NCBI RefSeq assembly: GCF_006345805.1
Contig: NC_042997.1
Coordinates: 187,054,001 to 187,118,000 of the forward strand
Source of the DNA: Octopus sinensis
Taxonomy: Eukaryota
Reading direction: 5' to 3'
DNA length: 64,000 nt
Positions 12,590-24,439 of this stretch are shown piece after piece; within the stretch, counting starts at the first letter, position 1, and every line of letters starts with the position of its first letter. Made by a program: the position numbers and the translations under genes. Below the pieces are notes generated by a model. That model ran no database searches. It worked only from the letters and a program-made list of their open reading frames with translations, and was not told the origin of the DNA.

Positions 12590-13070
12590 TTAATTCGTTT
12601 ATTGGCCACAAGGGCTGACAAAAATTAATTAAAACATAAAGGGACAAAGCACAGGATGAAAGTTACAAAGGGTTTTGTCCGTTTGCAAAAAACCGTGTAA
12701 AAATTCCAGAGATAACAACGAAAATATAACAATTGAAATTCCCAATAGGGGCAGGCGCTTTGAAAGGTTACTTGTGGACAAACCCATAAAAGTCACGGGA
12801 GCCTGGTCAAAAGGAGGGTAGAGAGCCCCTTTCTCCTTTTATAATATCTTTATATACTACAGGTGTATTCTCAGAATTGGTCCATTTATACTGGTCATTC
12901 TTGCGACATTTACCCACCTCTCAGTAAACTTGCTATCAGACAGCACTTCCCTCTCTACTCTCACCTTCCTTTTCAAGTGAAACTTGAAAAAGTTGATGAG
13001 GCCTTGGCCAAAAAGGAAAGTGTCTGACGTTAGCCCTTTCAAACGGGTCCACCATACCACCTCTTTTGCT
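12590..13070 (-). mobile_element. Tx1/L1-like LINE 3' end (ORF2 C-terminus and 3' UTR)
   Basis: ORF 12857-13060 (AKEV)VWWTRLKG...FFKFHLKRKVRVER..LSDSKFTERW resembles L1/Tx1 ORF2 C-termini. The 3' UTR ends in AATAAA. Confidence 0.6.
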
Positions 13071-13073
13071 AAT

Positions 13074-13405
13074 ACAGAAGCAAAAAAAAAAAATGAAGAG
13101 TGCCATTGTTATCAAGTGAACGATATTTCGGCATCTAGTGTGCCTTCCACAGGTTCAAAACATAAACTTGTCATTCTACTTCATTTTTGGTAATATTTTA
13201 TAGGATTGAGGTAACTCCTCCAGAAGGTATACAGAAGCGAAGGCAATGAAGAGTGCCATTACCAAAAATGAAGTAGATTGAAAAGTTTGTTTTGAACCTG
13301 TGGAAGGCACACTAGATGCCAAAATATCATTCACTTGATAACAATAGCACTCTTCTTTTTTTTTTTGCTTCTGTATATCTTCTGGAGGAGTTACCTCAAT
13401 CCTAA
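13074..13405. mobile_element. Partly tandem, partly inverted element with variant hammerhead motif
   Basis: 13258-13405 is the reverse complement of a unit made of 13201-13260 plus 13074-13194. Hammerhead-like motif at 13118-13156(-) and 13294-13332(+). Confidence 0.7.
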
Positions 13406-13414
13406 TAATAATAA

Positions 13415-13690
13415 TAATGATAGAAAATGAAACCAGGCATGCCATCCCTACAGGAAGTGCAAAAAATCATGTTAACTGGAACGACTCATGTACCGAGAAG
13501 AGCATTATCACTGTGAAAACAACATCCATTCATGAATTTATTTGTTTATTAATTTTTATAAATACATATTTTACCTGTGAATTTGCGTGTGTAATCTGGG
13601 AATGCATACAATGAGCTTCTCTGCCCTAGGTGTACGGAAAACACTCAGTGAGAAATGGAAGAAAATTTGAAGAAAGAAGGAAAAAAAAAA
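13415..13690 (+). mobile_element. R4/Dong-like 3' end, second copy of 8754-9076
   Basis: Highly similar to 8815-9076; flanked by (TAA)n. Confidence 0.75.
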
Positions 13691-13694
13691 TAAT

Positions 13695-13912
13695 AATGGT
13701 TTTAAGTTTTTACACAAGGCCAGCATGTTTAGGGGGAAGGGGCTAAGTCAATTAGATTGACTTCAGTACTCAACAGGTACTTATTTTATCAACTCCAAAA
13801 GGATGAAAAGCAAAGTCAACCCGGGTGAAATTTGAACTCAGAACTTAAAAACAGATGAAATATCATGGGGCATCTCATCTGGCATGCTAATGATTCTGTC
13901 AGTTCATCATCT
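13695..13912 (-). mobile_element. Family B SINE
   Basis: Family B central domain and head on the minus strand. Confidence 0.7.
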
Positions 13913-14319
13913 TAATAATAATAATAATATAATAATAATAATAATAATAATAATAGTAATAATAATAATCATTGTTTTAATGACCATTTTTCCATACTTG
14001 CATGGGTTATACAGAGTTTATTAAAACAGGTTTTGTATGACCAGATAACCTTCCTGTCATTAACTCTCACTTGTTTCCATGTAAGGTAATATTTCTTCTT
14101 TGTCAGACATGCTTGTGCAGAATATTGGAAATGGGTGACACTGCTGGTATAACAGTGACACTCATTTCCAACTGTCACACCATGTCCGTAGTTGAAGTCA
14201 CTTGCCCAAAGTGGCATGCTGTGGGACTGAACTTAGAACCATGTGGTCAGGAAGCAAAGGTCTTAACTGCATACCCATGTCTGCAGAATACAACTAGCAG
14301 TTTTCTGGAACTTTTACTT

Positions 14320-14835
14320 ATAAGCTATTGGGAAAGACTCAAGAAATTAAGACTCTATTCCTTAGAGCGTAGGCGAGAAAGATATGCCATAATATACATC
14401 TGGAAGATCCTGGAAGGACTTATCCCAAACTTTGGCATCAAGAGTTACACAAATACTAGAACTGGGCACCACTGCATAGTGCCAAGGACTCCATATTTGC
14501 CATCAAGATGTAGGACAAGATACTGCAATAGCCTGAGCTTCAGAGGTCCACAGCTCTTCAATATCCTCCCAAAGGACCTGAGAGACCTGCATGGGGTGTA
14601 TGTAGGTGTCTTCAAAATAAAGCTGGACCCCTTCTTGTCAGGTGTCTCAGATGAACCAACTTTGCGGCAGGAGGTGCAGATGAGGGCAGCTGCATCAAAC
14701 TCTCTTATGCACCAAATGTCAATTGCTAAAATGCATTCGTGAAGTAAAATCATGTAGCAACACCATATTGCGGTGCCCCAGCATGGCCACAGCTCATGAG
14801 CTGAAACTAGATGAAATAGTTGAAATAAAAAAAAA
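14320..14835 (+). mobile_element. CR1-clade LINE 3' fragment (ORF2 C-terminus and 3' tail)
   Basis: SYWERLKKLRLYSLERRRERYAIIYIWKIL...RGPQLFNILP...FKIKLDPFL, a typical CR1/L2 C-terminus. Stop at 14742, then a hairpin-containing tail. Confidence 0.85.
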
Positions 14836-15220
14836 ATAATATAACACCAACCTCTGATATGCTTATAATAAGGATTTATTTTTAATATAACGACAGCCAG
14901 TTTTTAATAGAAATTTGATACTGACTATTTTATAAACCAAGAAATGATGTAAGATAAATTCCTCACTGTAATATTTGACACAAAAGTAAAATGTAAGCAT
15001 CTGGTCTGACACAATAACATCGAAGCTTACAAGACAATGCCAGCTCTATAAATTGTAAGCAACAGACTGGCAGTTTTGAGGAGTGGGAATTACTATCAAC
15101 CAGCCTCAGTATTTGACTGATACTTTATCAACTCTGAAAGGCTGAAAACCGAAGCTGAATTTGGCAGGATTTGAGCTCTGCAAAGTGAAGTATGGGAACA
15201 AATTTTGCAAATTTTATATA

Positions 15221-16014
15221 CAGTGGAACTTTGGTTTATGAATTCAATTTATTCCTGAAGGCTGTTTGTTACCTAAAATGTTCAGAAACCAAAAGTATTT
15301 TTCCCATAGAAAATTCAAAAGAAGGCACTGTGAATTCAAGAAAGTATGTGCACTGAGTGAAAGCTAGACAGCAACTGACTCCCTCCTACTAATACTCTCA
15401 GCTTGTCACCAACAGTTGTTGTTGTTGTTCTTCTTCTTCTTCCAATCAGGACTCATGCCACAAAGAATAATCTCTAATTCGAGCCTACTCTAAGCTACTA
15501 AGAATGCATGTGGCAACTTGAAGATCCACCCACCACATGCGATAGACAGGCAGTTGCATGGGCGTGAAAGCTACATTGTTATCCTCATTTTGTAAACAGT
15601 GGCTTTTAATGGGTGGAGAGCTGAACCATCGTGGGGTACAGTGGATTCGCAATCTAGACTAGGGTCTGAAAGTTTTACCACACGCTAGTGGGTTACACCA
15701 TGGTTCCTCTGCTTTGTAGCAGAAGTAGGAAGAAAAAGTGAGAGAAAGTTGTGGTGAAAGAGTACAGCGAGGTTACCCATCCCCTCCCGGAGCCTCATGG
15801 AGCTTAGGTGTTTTTACTTAATAAACACTCACAATGCTCGATCTGGGAATCGAAACGACTGCGAGTCCACTGCCCTAATCACTGGGCCATTGCACCTCTA
15901 CCAACTGTTGTTGCCAGCTTGTGTGTTCATTTCTCAAGGCACTGTTCATCACCTTGAAAAATTGTTTGTAAACCAATTTGTGATGAGAAGTGTTTGCAAA
16001 CTGAAGTTCAGCTG
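15221..16014. mobile_element. Tigger/pogo-like non-autonomous DNA transposon with nested insertions
   Basis: Degenerate TIRs TA|CAGTGGAACTTTGGTTTATGAA and TTTGCAAACTGAAGTTCAGCTG. Confidence 0.55.
15720..15898 (-). mobile_element. Family A SINE head
   Basis: Reverse complement of 132-325. Confidence 0.75.
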
Positions 16015-16696
16015 TTGTAATTTTTTCAATGCTCTAACCATTCAGCAACTCCATTGACCATACCAATCCTGTATGAATAAGAATGGCAACATGTTAATGA
16101 CTTAAGGAACAACAGTGAGTGTCATTAATGACTTAATGAAACTGTTACATGATTTTGAAATTAGAATGAAAAGAAATATTTTCACAGGACTGTTGTTTAG
16201 CTTCTGTCCAGGATGCCAAAATCAAACAGCTTTTGTATGTCCTGACAGCCAAGTGAAATGTAGAACTTAAAGAAATTCAAGTTAAAGAGATTTGCCCAGA
16301 AACACAAAATACCTTTAATGGATGTAAACTCTTGACCCATGAGCTGTGGTTCTACAGTTTATCTACTCAACCTCTACTTATCTACTGATTTGAGTTACCA
16401 ACATGATAAAACATTATGTGGATTAATGCTGAATTCAATCAATAAAAACCCACAATAACCAGCAGCTTTATTCGTAACAGTGATTAATGATATGCTTTAC
16501 ATATTACACAGCAAACATTTCGACTAAATGTTTACTACTGGCAAATGAATGATGGTAGAAACAATTAATTGTTAGCTGAGCAGGAAACATGTACCAGATA
16601 CCTGGTGGTGCACGCAGGTTTTCTAAGATGATAGGTGATGCCTTATAATGAATACAGTTCATGAAAAAAATCATATGATAAATAAACACACTGATG

Positions 16697-16730
<34 letters not shown>

Positions 16731-16773
16731 CACACACACACACGCACACACACACACGCACACACACACACAC

Positions 16774-16804
<31 letters not shown>

Positions 16805-17522
16805 TACATACACACACATACACATACACACAACCTAAGCAACCAATCTGTTACTGATATAGTCTTTCTTTATACGTTCATATTTTTTTTCACAAGTACC
16901 TGCATGAATGAACAAAAATATATTTTTTGTTACAGGCAAAATAACTGATTATATATTGGTATTTTTTCCCCCACATACTTCACATGTTATATTAGACACA
17001 CCTACACAAGAACATTCATATTTGAAAGTTTTATCCCTGAAGCACTTTGCTACAAATAGAAATCAATGAGAGTTTCAAAACGCTGTTCTATGGCAACGAG
17101 ATTGATCAGGCTTGAATGAGGAGTATGAAATTAACTTTAATTATCAATATGCTATGGCAGGCTAACATATAAATTAAAAAGAACTGCTTTAGATGATTTA
17201 GATTGAAAAGGAAAGAAGGCAGAAACCCTAATTTGCTTGTGAAATTTAATTTCCCTTAAGACAAATTTTATATATGTGTGGGTGTATATATATATATATA
17301 TATATAATATATATATATATACATATACACACACACGCACATCAAAACAGTTTGATTCAGATTTGTTGGTGCTCTGAGTTTCGTGCATGATGCTTATCTT
17401 CAGTCATTTTGAATTTGAATGAGAGAAGTTGATTATTATTACTGTAAGGTGGACTACAATTAGTTGAGGAAGGTCACACAGCCTTGTCAGAGAATTTATT
17501 AGATGGCTACTGAAAGAAGCCC

Positions 17523-17564
<42 letters not shown>

Positions 17565-17566
<2 letters not shown>

Positions 17567-18795
17567 GGAGTTGAATAAAATAATGGAAATGCCTTAACAT
17601 TTCAAACAAATTTATTTTAATATAGTGTAGGACCTCCTTTGGCAGTAATTACTGCTTGAATTCTGTGAGGTATGGACTCATACAAAGTTTTTATTGTTTA
17701 CAAAGGAATTTTTAGCCATTCTTCAGCTAAAACAGTCTCCATTTCTTGTAGGGATATCAATTCCTTACTTGTTTTTCTAAAATGCACCATAAATGTTCAA
17801 TAATATTGAGATCTGGGGATTGTGGTTGCCAGATAAGATGTACAGCTTCCCTAGAATGTTCCCCATGCAATTCAGTAACAACATTAGCTGTGCGAATTGG
17901 TGCATTATCATCCTGAAAGATTGTGTTTTCCTCTGGAAACAGTTCCGCAACCACAAGATGAATTTGATCAGATAAAATGCTTAAATAGTCTTGACTATTG
18001 ATTCTGTCATGAAAGGAAACCATTGGGCAGGCGGATTTCCAAGATATATCCCCTCCCCACCCAGATTATCACAGATCCTCTCCATGTTCAACAGTTGGAA
18101 GAAGGCAGTCTGGGTGAAATGCTTCTTTTGGCTGTCTCCACATGTATACTCGGCCAGTAGTTGGAAATAAGGTAAAGGATGACTCGCCCAAGAAAATAAC
18201 ATTCTTCCACTGCTCTAGGGACCACTTCTGTGGGTTTTTACTCCACTCTAAACACTTTGCAATGTTTGTTTTTGAAAGTAGTGATTTTCTGATTGTAGCC
18301 CTCCAATGAAATCTGGCTTTGTGCAGCTCCCAATGAACAGTTTTTGTGGAAAGTGGGTTCTCAAGGTGGTCATTAAGCCCTGCAGTAATTTTGGAGCTGT
18401 ACTTTTATGATCCTTTCTAACAATTTGTGTAAGAGTCTGTTTTGGTTTTCTTCCAGAGTTTTGTTTTACCGTGTAGATTTTTCCCTCTTTTTCAAAAGCT
18501 GTCAGTCAAGACAGTACTTCTTGATACACTAAACATTTTGGCCATTTTCATTATGCTAGCACCTGCCATATGAGCACCAACAATTTTACCTCTTTGAAAG
18601 CCCAATAGATCTGTCGTTTTAGTGAATTCTAATTATCTTTTTCTCATGATATCTGAAAAGAAACAGCAATTTTAGCAAAACATATGAAGCAACACTAATA
18701 AATCAAAAAGCATAAAAATAAACAAGCTTTTGACAATTTTATAGATATTTCAAAATTATGATGCTTGGTGTTTCTATTATTTTGTCCAACCTCTG
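17565..18795 (-). mobile_element. Full-length decayed Tc1-family transposon
   Basis: TIRs of about 28 bp (CAGGAGTTGAATAAAATAATGGAAA vs reverse complement CAGAGGTTGGACAAAATAATAGAAA), inserted in a TA tract. Confidence 0.9.
17618..18617 (-). pseudogene. Tc1 (DD34E-type) transposase pseudogene
   Basis: FQDDNAPIRTA and WQPQSPDLNIIEHLW motifs in ORF 17757-18023. Frameshifted, ending GGPTLY*. Confidence 0.88.
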
Positions 18796-18830
18796 TATAT
18801 ATATTACATACTTATATATGCATGTATATA

Positions 18831-20108
18831 CCATAAAAACCCATGTAATTTGTGCACCTGGGTAATTTACGCAGGTGATTTTCAGGATAAAACTTGTTAA
18901 AAAAGCTGCTACTCATGTAAAATTTGCACCCAAAAGTTTTCAGAATTGCTGATATGGCCAGAGGAAAAAGGTTTTCAATTTAGTCATATACAGCATAATT
19001 TCATGTACTTGTGATTAGATTTTATTAAATTTTCATTAAATAAAAATAATTTCTGTTTAGCAGGTATCACATTGAAAGCTATTAAATTACAAAGTGTTAG
19101 TGTTGTTTATAATAAACTTTATTTTACATTTCTTGCCCACAAGAAATTATGTCTGAGCTGTAGCATACTGCTGTATGTCTTCTCAAATCATGATCATAGG
19201 AAAAGTTGTTGATAAGAATTATCAACAAAAACATAGCTGATAAATATGCACAGGTGTTGTAAATTAAGTTTAATTACCAATTAAACATCAGCTTAGATGA
19301 CACTTTACTCAACTGACTGAGGAAGGTGATCGATCAAACTGATTATGGAAACAGAATTCTTTCCTGCCTATTCTTGTTGGAACCTTTGATATGGAGTATC
19401 GAAATTTTTAATCCCTTTCACACTTATATAATGTCAAGCAAACATGAAAAATTTGTCATTTGTCATTATTGTCGCTATAGACAGAACTTATGATTCGTTT
19501 ATAGGGAAGGAGGAATTTAAATATGTTGAATATGCATTTGAACATGGCAATAGAGCTGCCTGATGGCATTTTAATGAAATCAGTGTTCAAAATTGGCGTA
19601 AACAGCACAACAAACTTAAAACTGTGCCTAGTAATAAATAGACAAAAATAAAAACATACAATCAAGATTATCCACATTATTACATTTTCTTCAGTCATAT
19701 ATATCCATATCACTACGTATGTCATTAGTGCTCCATTGTGATAGTTAGGAACATCAAGCAATGTAAAATATGGCCTGAACCGTGTTTACCAGCATGAGCA
19801 TCAGACTTCAAAAAATAGTTAACCATTTAATGGTTTTAGTAAATTTATACAGAATAAGTAAGCATTATATCCTCCAGCTTAAATAAAAGTCAACTTCATT
19901 ATATTTAAGCCATTATTTTTTCTGTAAAAACCTTTTCTGACATTAAATGAGTCAACTTCTGGTACAAATATTTACATTTTGTACATCTTTTTGCAACCAA
20001 AAAATTTCAAAAAAATTCTGGAAACGATCTGCTACTGTAATTTACGCACTCACTAAAGTTTAATTGTATTTTTGCAAAAAATTGCATAAATTACAGAGGT
20101 TTCTATGG
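18831..20108. mobile_element. pogo/Tc1-mariner-like TIR element, no intact ORF
   Basis: TIRs CCATAAAAACCCATGTAATTTGTGCA vs reverse complement CCATAGAAACCTCTGTAATTTATGCA, TA on both sides, subterminal GTAATTTACGCA repeats. Confidence 0.7.
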
Positions 20109-20394
20109 TATATAAAAGTGAATGTTTGTGTATTTATATGCACCCTTGTATTGATATCATGTGCTGATTCTAAACAAGCATAACCATCATACAACCAATG
20201 TTGTTCATTTCCTGTCTTCCATGGAAAATATGTCTGGCTATAGGAAATATCACCTTGCTTGGAAACAAATGAAGGTTAGTGACGGGAAGAGCATCTGGCT
20301 GTCTGACTTCTGCTGCAATAAATTCCATCTGACCCATGAAGGCAAAGAAAAGTGGATGTTAGAGAATGTTGATGAAGATGTGTGTGTATGTGTG

Positions 20395-20448
<54 letters not shown>

Positions 20449-20804
20449 CATACATACATACACACACATATAGAACAAGTAAGAAAACTAATTCCAAATT
20501 TTATTTAATTTGATTCGCTGGAAGGACTGTTTCAATGAAGTCGTGTATTGTCCTTACCTTCGAAACACGGAGTAGATGAAACAGGGACAACTCATGAAGG
20601 GGAATATTCTTTACGTTGTATGTCTCGTTTCTCTGTTTGTTTTTTTCTTGTTCGAAAAAGAAGTTCGTTTTCTATGTTTTTGTTTTTATGTTTTCGTTTC
20701 TTGTTGTGTTCAACGTTTTTTTGATGTCCTGTACCCATATATGTATGCATATATATACATATATATGTAGGTATGTACATATATGTATGTATATATGCAT
20801 ATAT

Positions 20805-21020
20805 TTATATATTATATTATATATATTATATTATATTATATTATATTATATTATATCATATCATATCATATCATATATATCATATCATCATATCATATCT
20901 TATCATATCATATTATATCATATCATATCATATCTCATATCATATCATATCATATCTTATATTATATCATATCGTACCATATCATATCATATCATATCAT
21001 ATCATATCATATCATTATAT
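20805..21020. repeat. (ATATT)n grading into (ATATC)n pentanucleotide microsatellite
   Basis: Directly visible. Confidence 0.95.
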
Positions 21021-21024
21021 ATAT

Positions 21025-21360
21025 AAAGAATAAAATGTTTTGAATGACACAACAATGCACTATAATACAAAGAATGGACTATAATAACTGTTGTAATTTA
21101 ATCATCCATAGTCTGATATGATTTTTGGAATAAAAATTCCTTCTTCAGATATCCCTAGGAATTGATGGAGTGACTCCATCAATTCTTAGGGATATCTGAA
21201 GAAGGAATTTTATTCTGAAATATCATATCAGACTACGAATGATTAAATTACAACAGTTATTATAGTCCATTGTTGTATTATAGTGCATTGTTGTGTCATT
21301 CAAAATATTTTATTCTTTCCAAACAATACACAATGCTTCAAGCAAACTACAATACTCTCC
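21025..21360. mobile_element. About 295-bp near-perfect palindrome with a hammerhead motif in each arm
   Basis: Arms 21025-21169 and 21171-21318 are reverse complements about GATGGAGT-G-ACTCCATC. Confidence 0.85.
21191..21229 (+). ncRNA. Minimal type-I hammerhead ribozyme motif
   Basis: GAUAU-CUGAAGA-A-GGAAU(uuu)AUUCU-GAAAU-AUC-AUAUC: 5-bp stem I, intact core, AUC triplet, palindromic AUAU stem III. Confidence 0.72.
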
Positions 21361-21435
21361 TATATATACATATATATATATATATATTTCGTTTTTGGAT
21401 TTGGTTTGCAAGATTATTTATGTGAGTTCATGTGT

Positions 21436-21645
21436 TGAAGTATATTCTGTGGTGTCTGGGGAGAGTCATTTTTTTTTTGTGCCTTATAATTTAACACACT
21501 CACTGCTAAAATAAAATTTCCACTTATTTCTTATTTTATTGTAGGAAAATAAAAATAACAAATAAGTGGAAATTTTACCGGTGAGTGTGTTATATTATAA
21601 GGCACAAAACGAAAATGACTCTCCCCACACACAACAGAATATATA
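21436..21645. repeat. Foldback inverted repeat (MITE-like) between TA microsatellites
   Basis: TATATTCTGT..GGGGAGAGTCATTTT..GTGCCTTATAAT..ACACACTCAC pairs with GTGAGTGTGT..ATTATAAGGCAC..AAAATGACTCTCCCC..ACAGAATATA. Confidence 0.75.
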
Positions 21646-22705
21646 TATGCATACATATACAAACATATGCATTCATACACACACACACATATGTATATGT
21701 GTGTGTGTTTATATATATACATATATATAAATTTGTGATTACAGTTTCAAATTGCTTTTGATTTCTGCTGTACAAACCATTTATTAATAATTCAAATGTC
21801 AAAAGGTCACAAATTGGAACCACAAACTAACGATATTGGAAGAAGAATTGTGTTCTGCTAGAAAGTGTTATATTTCCATTCAATATAAACAGTGTTTCTA
21901 GGACCCTGTTTGAATAAATGAACAGACCGATGCTTTCATGATAGAACAAGTGAGTGTTATCTATACCACACCTGTTTTCAAAACTATTTCAAGAGATGAT
22001 GGCTATAGAATTCATGCAGAACCTTATAGGAATGAAGGATAAGAGAATTATCTCTATTCAGACTCAGGTGTCATGGGTAAAAAAAAAAGAAAAAAAATCA
22101 TTTTTTTTTAAACACATTCCAAAGAAATGAACCAGTGTAAATATTCTAAAATAAAAGTGATAGACACTTACATATTTGTGTGTGTGTGTGTATGCATGCA
22201 TGCATATGTTGATCTTAACTTGCCTTTTTCGTAGATACTCTCATCCACTCTTGTAAAATTACAGATTAATCTATATTTTTGTTACTTTTCATTTTTCTTG
22301 CTTGCTTACGTTTCTGGTGTTTGCTAAATCTTCTAGAGAACATTTCTTAGTGGTAAGACCATAGCAGATCTACTTCTAGCATTAGGGTTGTCCACATAGT
22401 GGTCATCCCTCTCATATGTATGTAATACAATTTATTGAACCTCAGTTTTTTAATATGCTAGACCACTGGTGTTAAATTGATGTTATCAAATTAATATCCA
22501 ATTTTTCACCCTCATTTTAATTTTAATTTAAATTTTATATATATATATATATATATGTATCATCATCATCATCCTTGTTTAACGTCCGCTTTCCATGCTA
22601 GCAGGGGTTGGACGATTTTGACTGAGGGCTGGCGAACCAGATGGCTGCACCAGGCTCCAATCTTGATTTGGCAGAGTTTCTACAGCTGGATGCCCTTCCT
22701 ATATA

Positions 22706-22801
<96 letters not shown>

Positions 22802-24439
22802 AAGAAAGAAAGACTAGTTTGGTGAGGATAGGAGCCATGTCTTGAGTACATCAATTGAAGAACTATATGCTATTGACCTGTCAGTCCGTCTGTCTGTCTG
22901 TTTGTCTGAAAAGACTATGGTAGACTTGCTTTGTTTATTTGTTTTCTTTAATATATATAATCAATGAAAACATAAACACAAAGAAGTAGTGAAACAAGAA
23001 TAGAATTAGTTTTCAACATTAGTGGACTGGTTGCTAAATAATACAATTATATCTGTCTTATGGGTTTCAACACCAACATTATTCTAAAACACACCATCTT
23101 TAACAATATTAGTTTCTTCGGTATTCCCTGCAATAAACGTTTCTTTGTTTTCATAGCAAAATCATATAAATTGATTAAATATTTTTTTTTTGTTTCTTCG
23201 TTTCTTACAATATTACAATAAATATTTTATCCATTGATTTATTAATGGCATTAAAACAAAAACAAAATAAAGATATTCAAAAAATATTTAATATGCCGAT
23301 TGAAATAACATCCTGTCTCTTAAAACTTCTTTAGTCTTTTTGTATGAAATTATAGTTTATAATTTTATAGATATTTTGTCTTCATACATTTGTCTGAATT
23401 GATATTTTAAAGCAATTATTTGTCTGTTTTTATGATGTATAGGGTAAAATCTCAGTTTTAGATGTATCATTATTCATATATTTTAAAATGTCAGAAGTTT
23501 CCTTTGTACAATTTGTAAAGTTATTTTTTCTGAAACAAGTTACAGGAGAGGAGCTGAACCTATCATCACAAAGGTTGTCTCTAAATAAATATATAAATAA
23601 ATAAATAAATAAGTAAAATAAAATTTTAACTGATTGATTGATTCATTGGTTGATCAATGCTTTATATTTAAGCAAATACATATGCAAGTCACATATGGAT
23701 CTCGTCACACAGGTGAGATGATACATTAATTTGATCTCTCAGTGTGTAACATTATTTGATGCTCATTTGTTCTTGTATAAAAGAAACTACCAAATTACTC
23801 AGCAATTTTTAACAACCTTAGTGTATTGCCAATAGATTATTCATTTGGTCTGCTCTCAATTTAGTGACAAATGATTAGTTTAGCATTTTACTCAGAGCAT
23901 AATCAGTGCCTGATGTAGGCCTTAATTTTAGGTTTCAACTTTTCAGCAGAAAGCCTAGTACTTTATTCACTTAACTTCTATAATTCACCATTATTTAACA
24001 AAATAAGGCAGCTACCAGCATCTGGTATAAGTTCTTATAAAATTAAATCTGAGATCATCAAACTCTACATGTGCCAACATGGCCTTGGCTGTGATAGCTA
24101 AAATGAACTAAAAGAATTCCATTTAGAAGCATTACCATTATATTGCTAATAAACTTACACAGAACATCAGAAAGGCCTATCTACTCTTCCTAAATTTGAT
24201 TTATGCTTAAGTTCACACATACATACACAGATGACCAATTATTGTAGTGAAATTTATTTACTATCTATAATTAAGGAAAAATAGTTTTTCAAACATTCTT
24301 GATCAAAGCAACTGGATATTAAAAAAAAGTTTTCAAGGCTATATGTAACTGAATGCATTATAAATCACAAAGGTTTAACTGAAATGAAGGGCTATTTTTA
24401 AATTACATGGTTTAGTTATCTCCATTCAACAATATAACC

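Noticed and set aside
14071-14320. N-terminal half of the 223-aa ORF
   Set aside because: Chance read-through of SINE fragments; only 14320-14742 is LINE-derived.
20515-20740. CpG-rich repeat-like segment with CTCATGAAGG and CGAAAC motifs
   Set aside because: The motifs are in the wrong order for a hammerhead; family could not be assigned.
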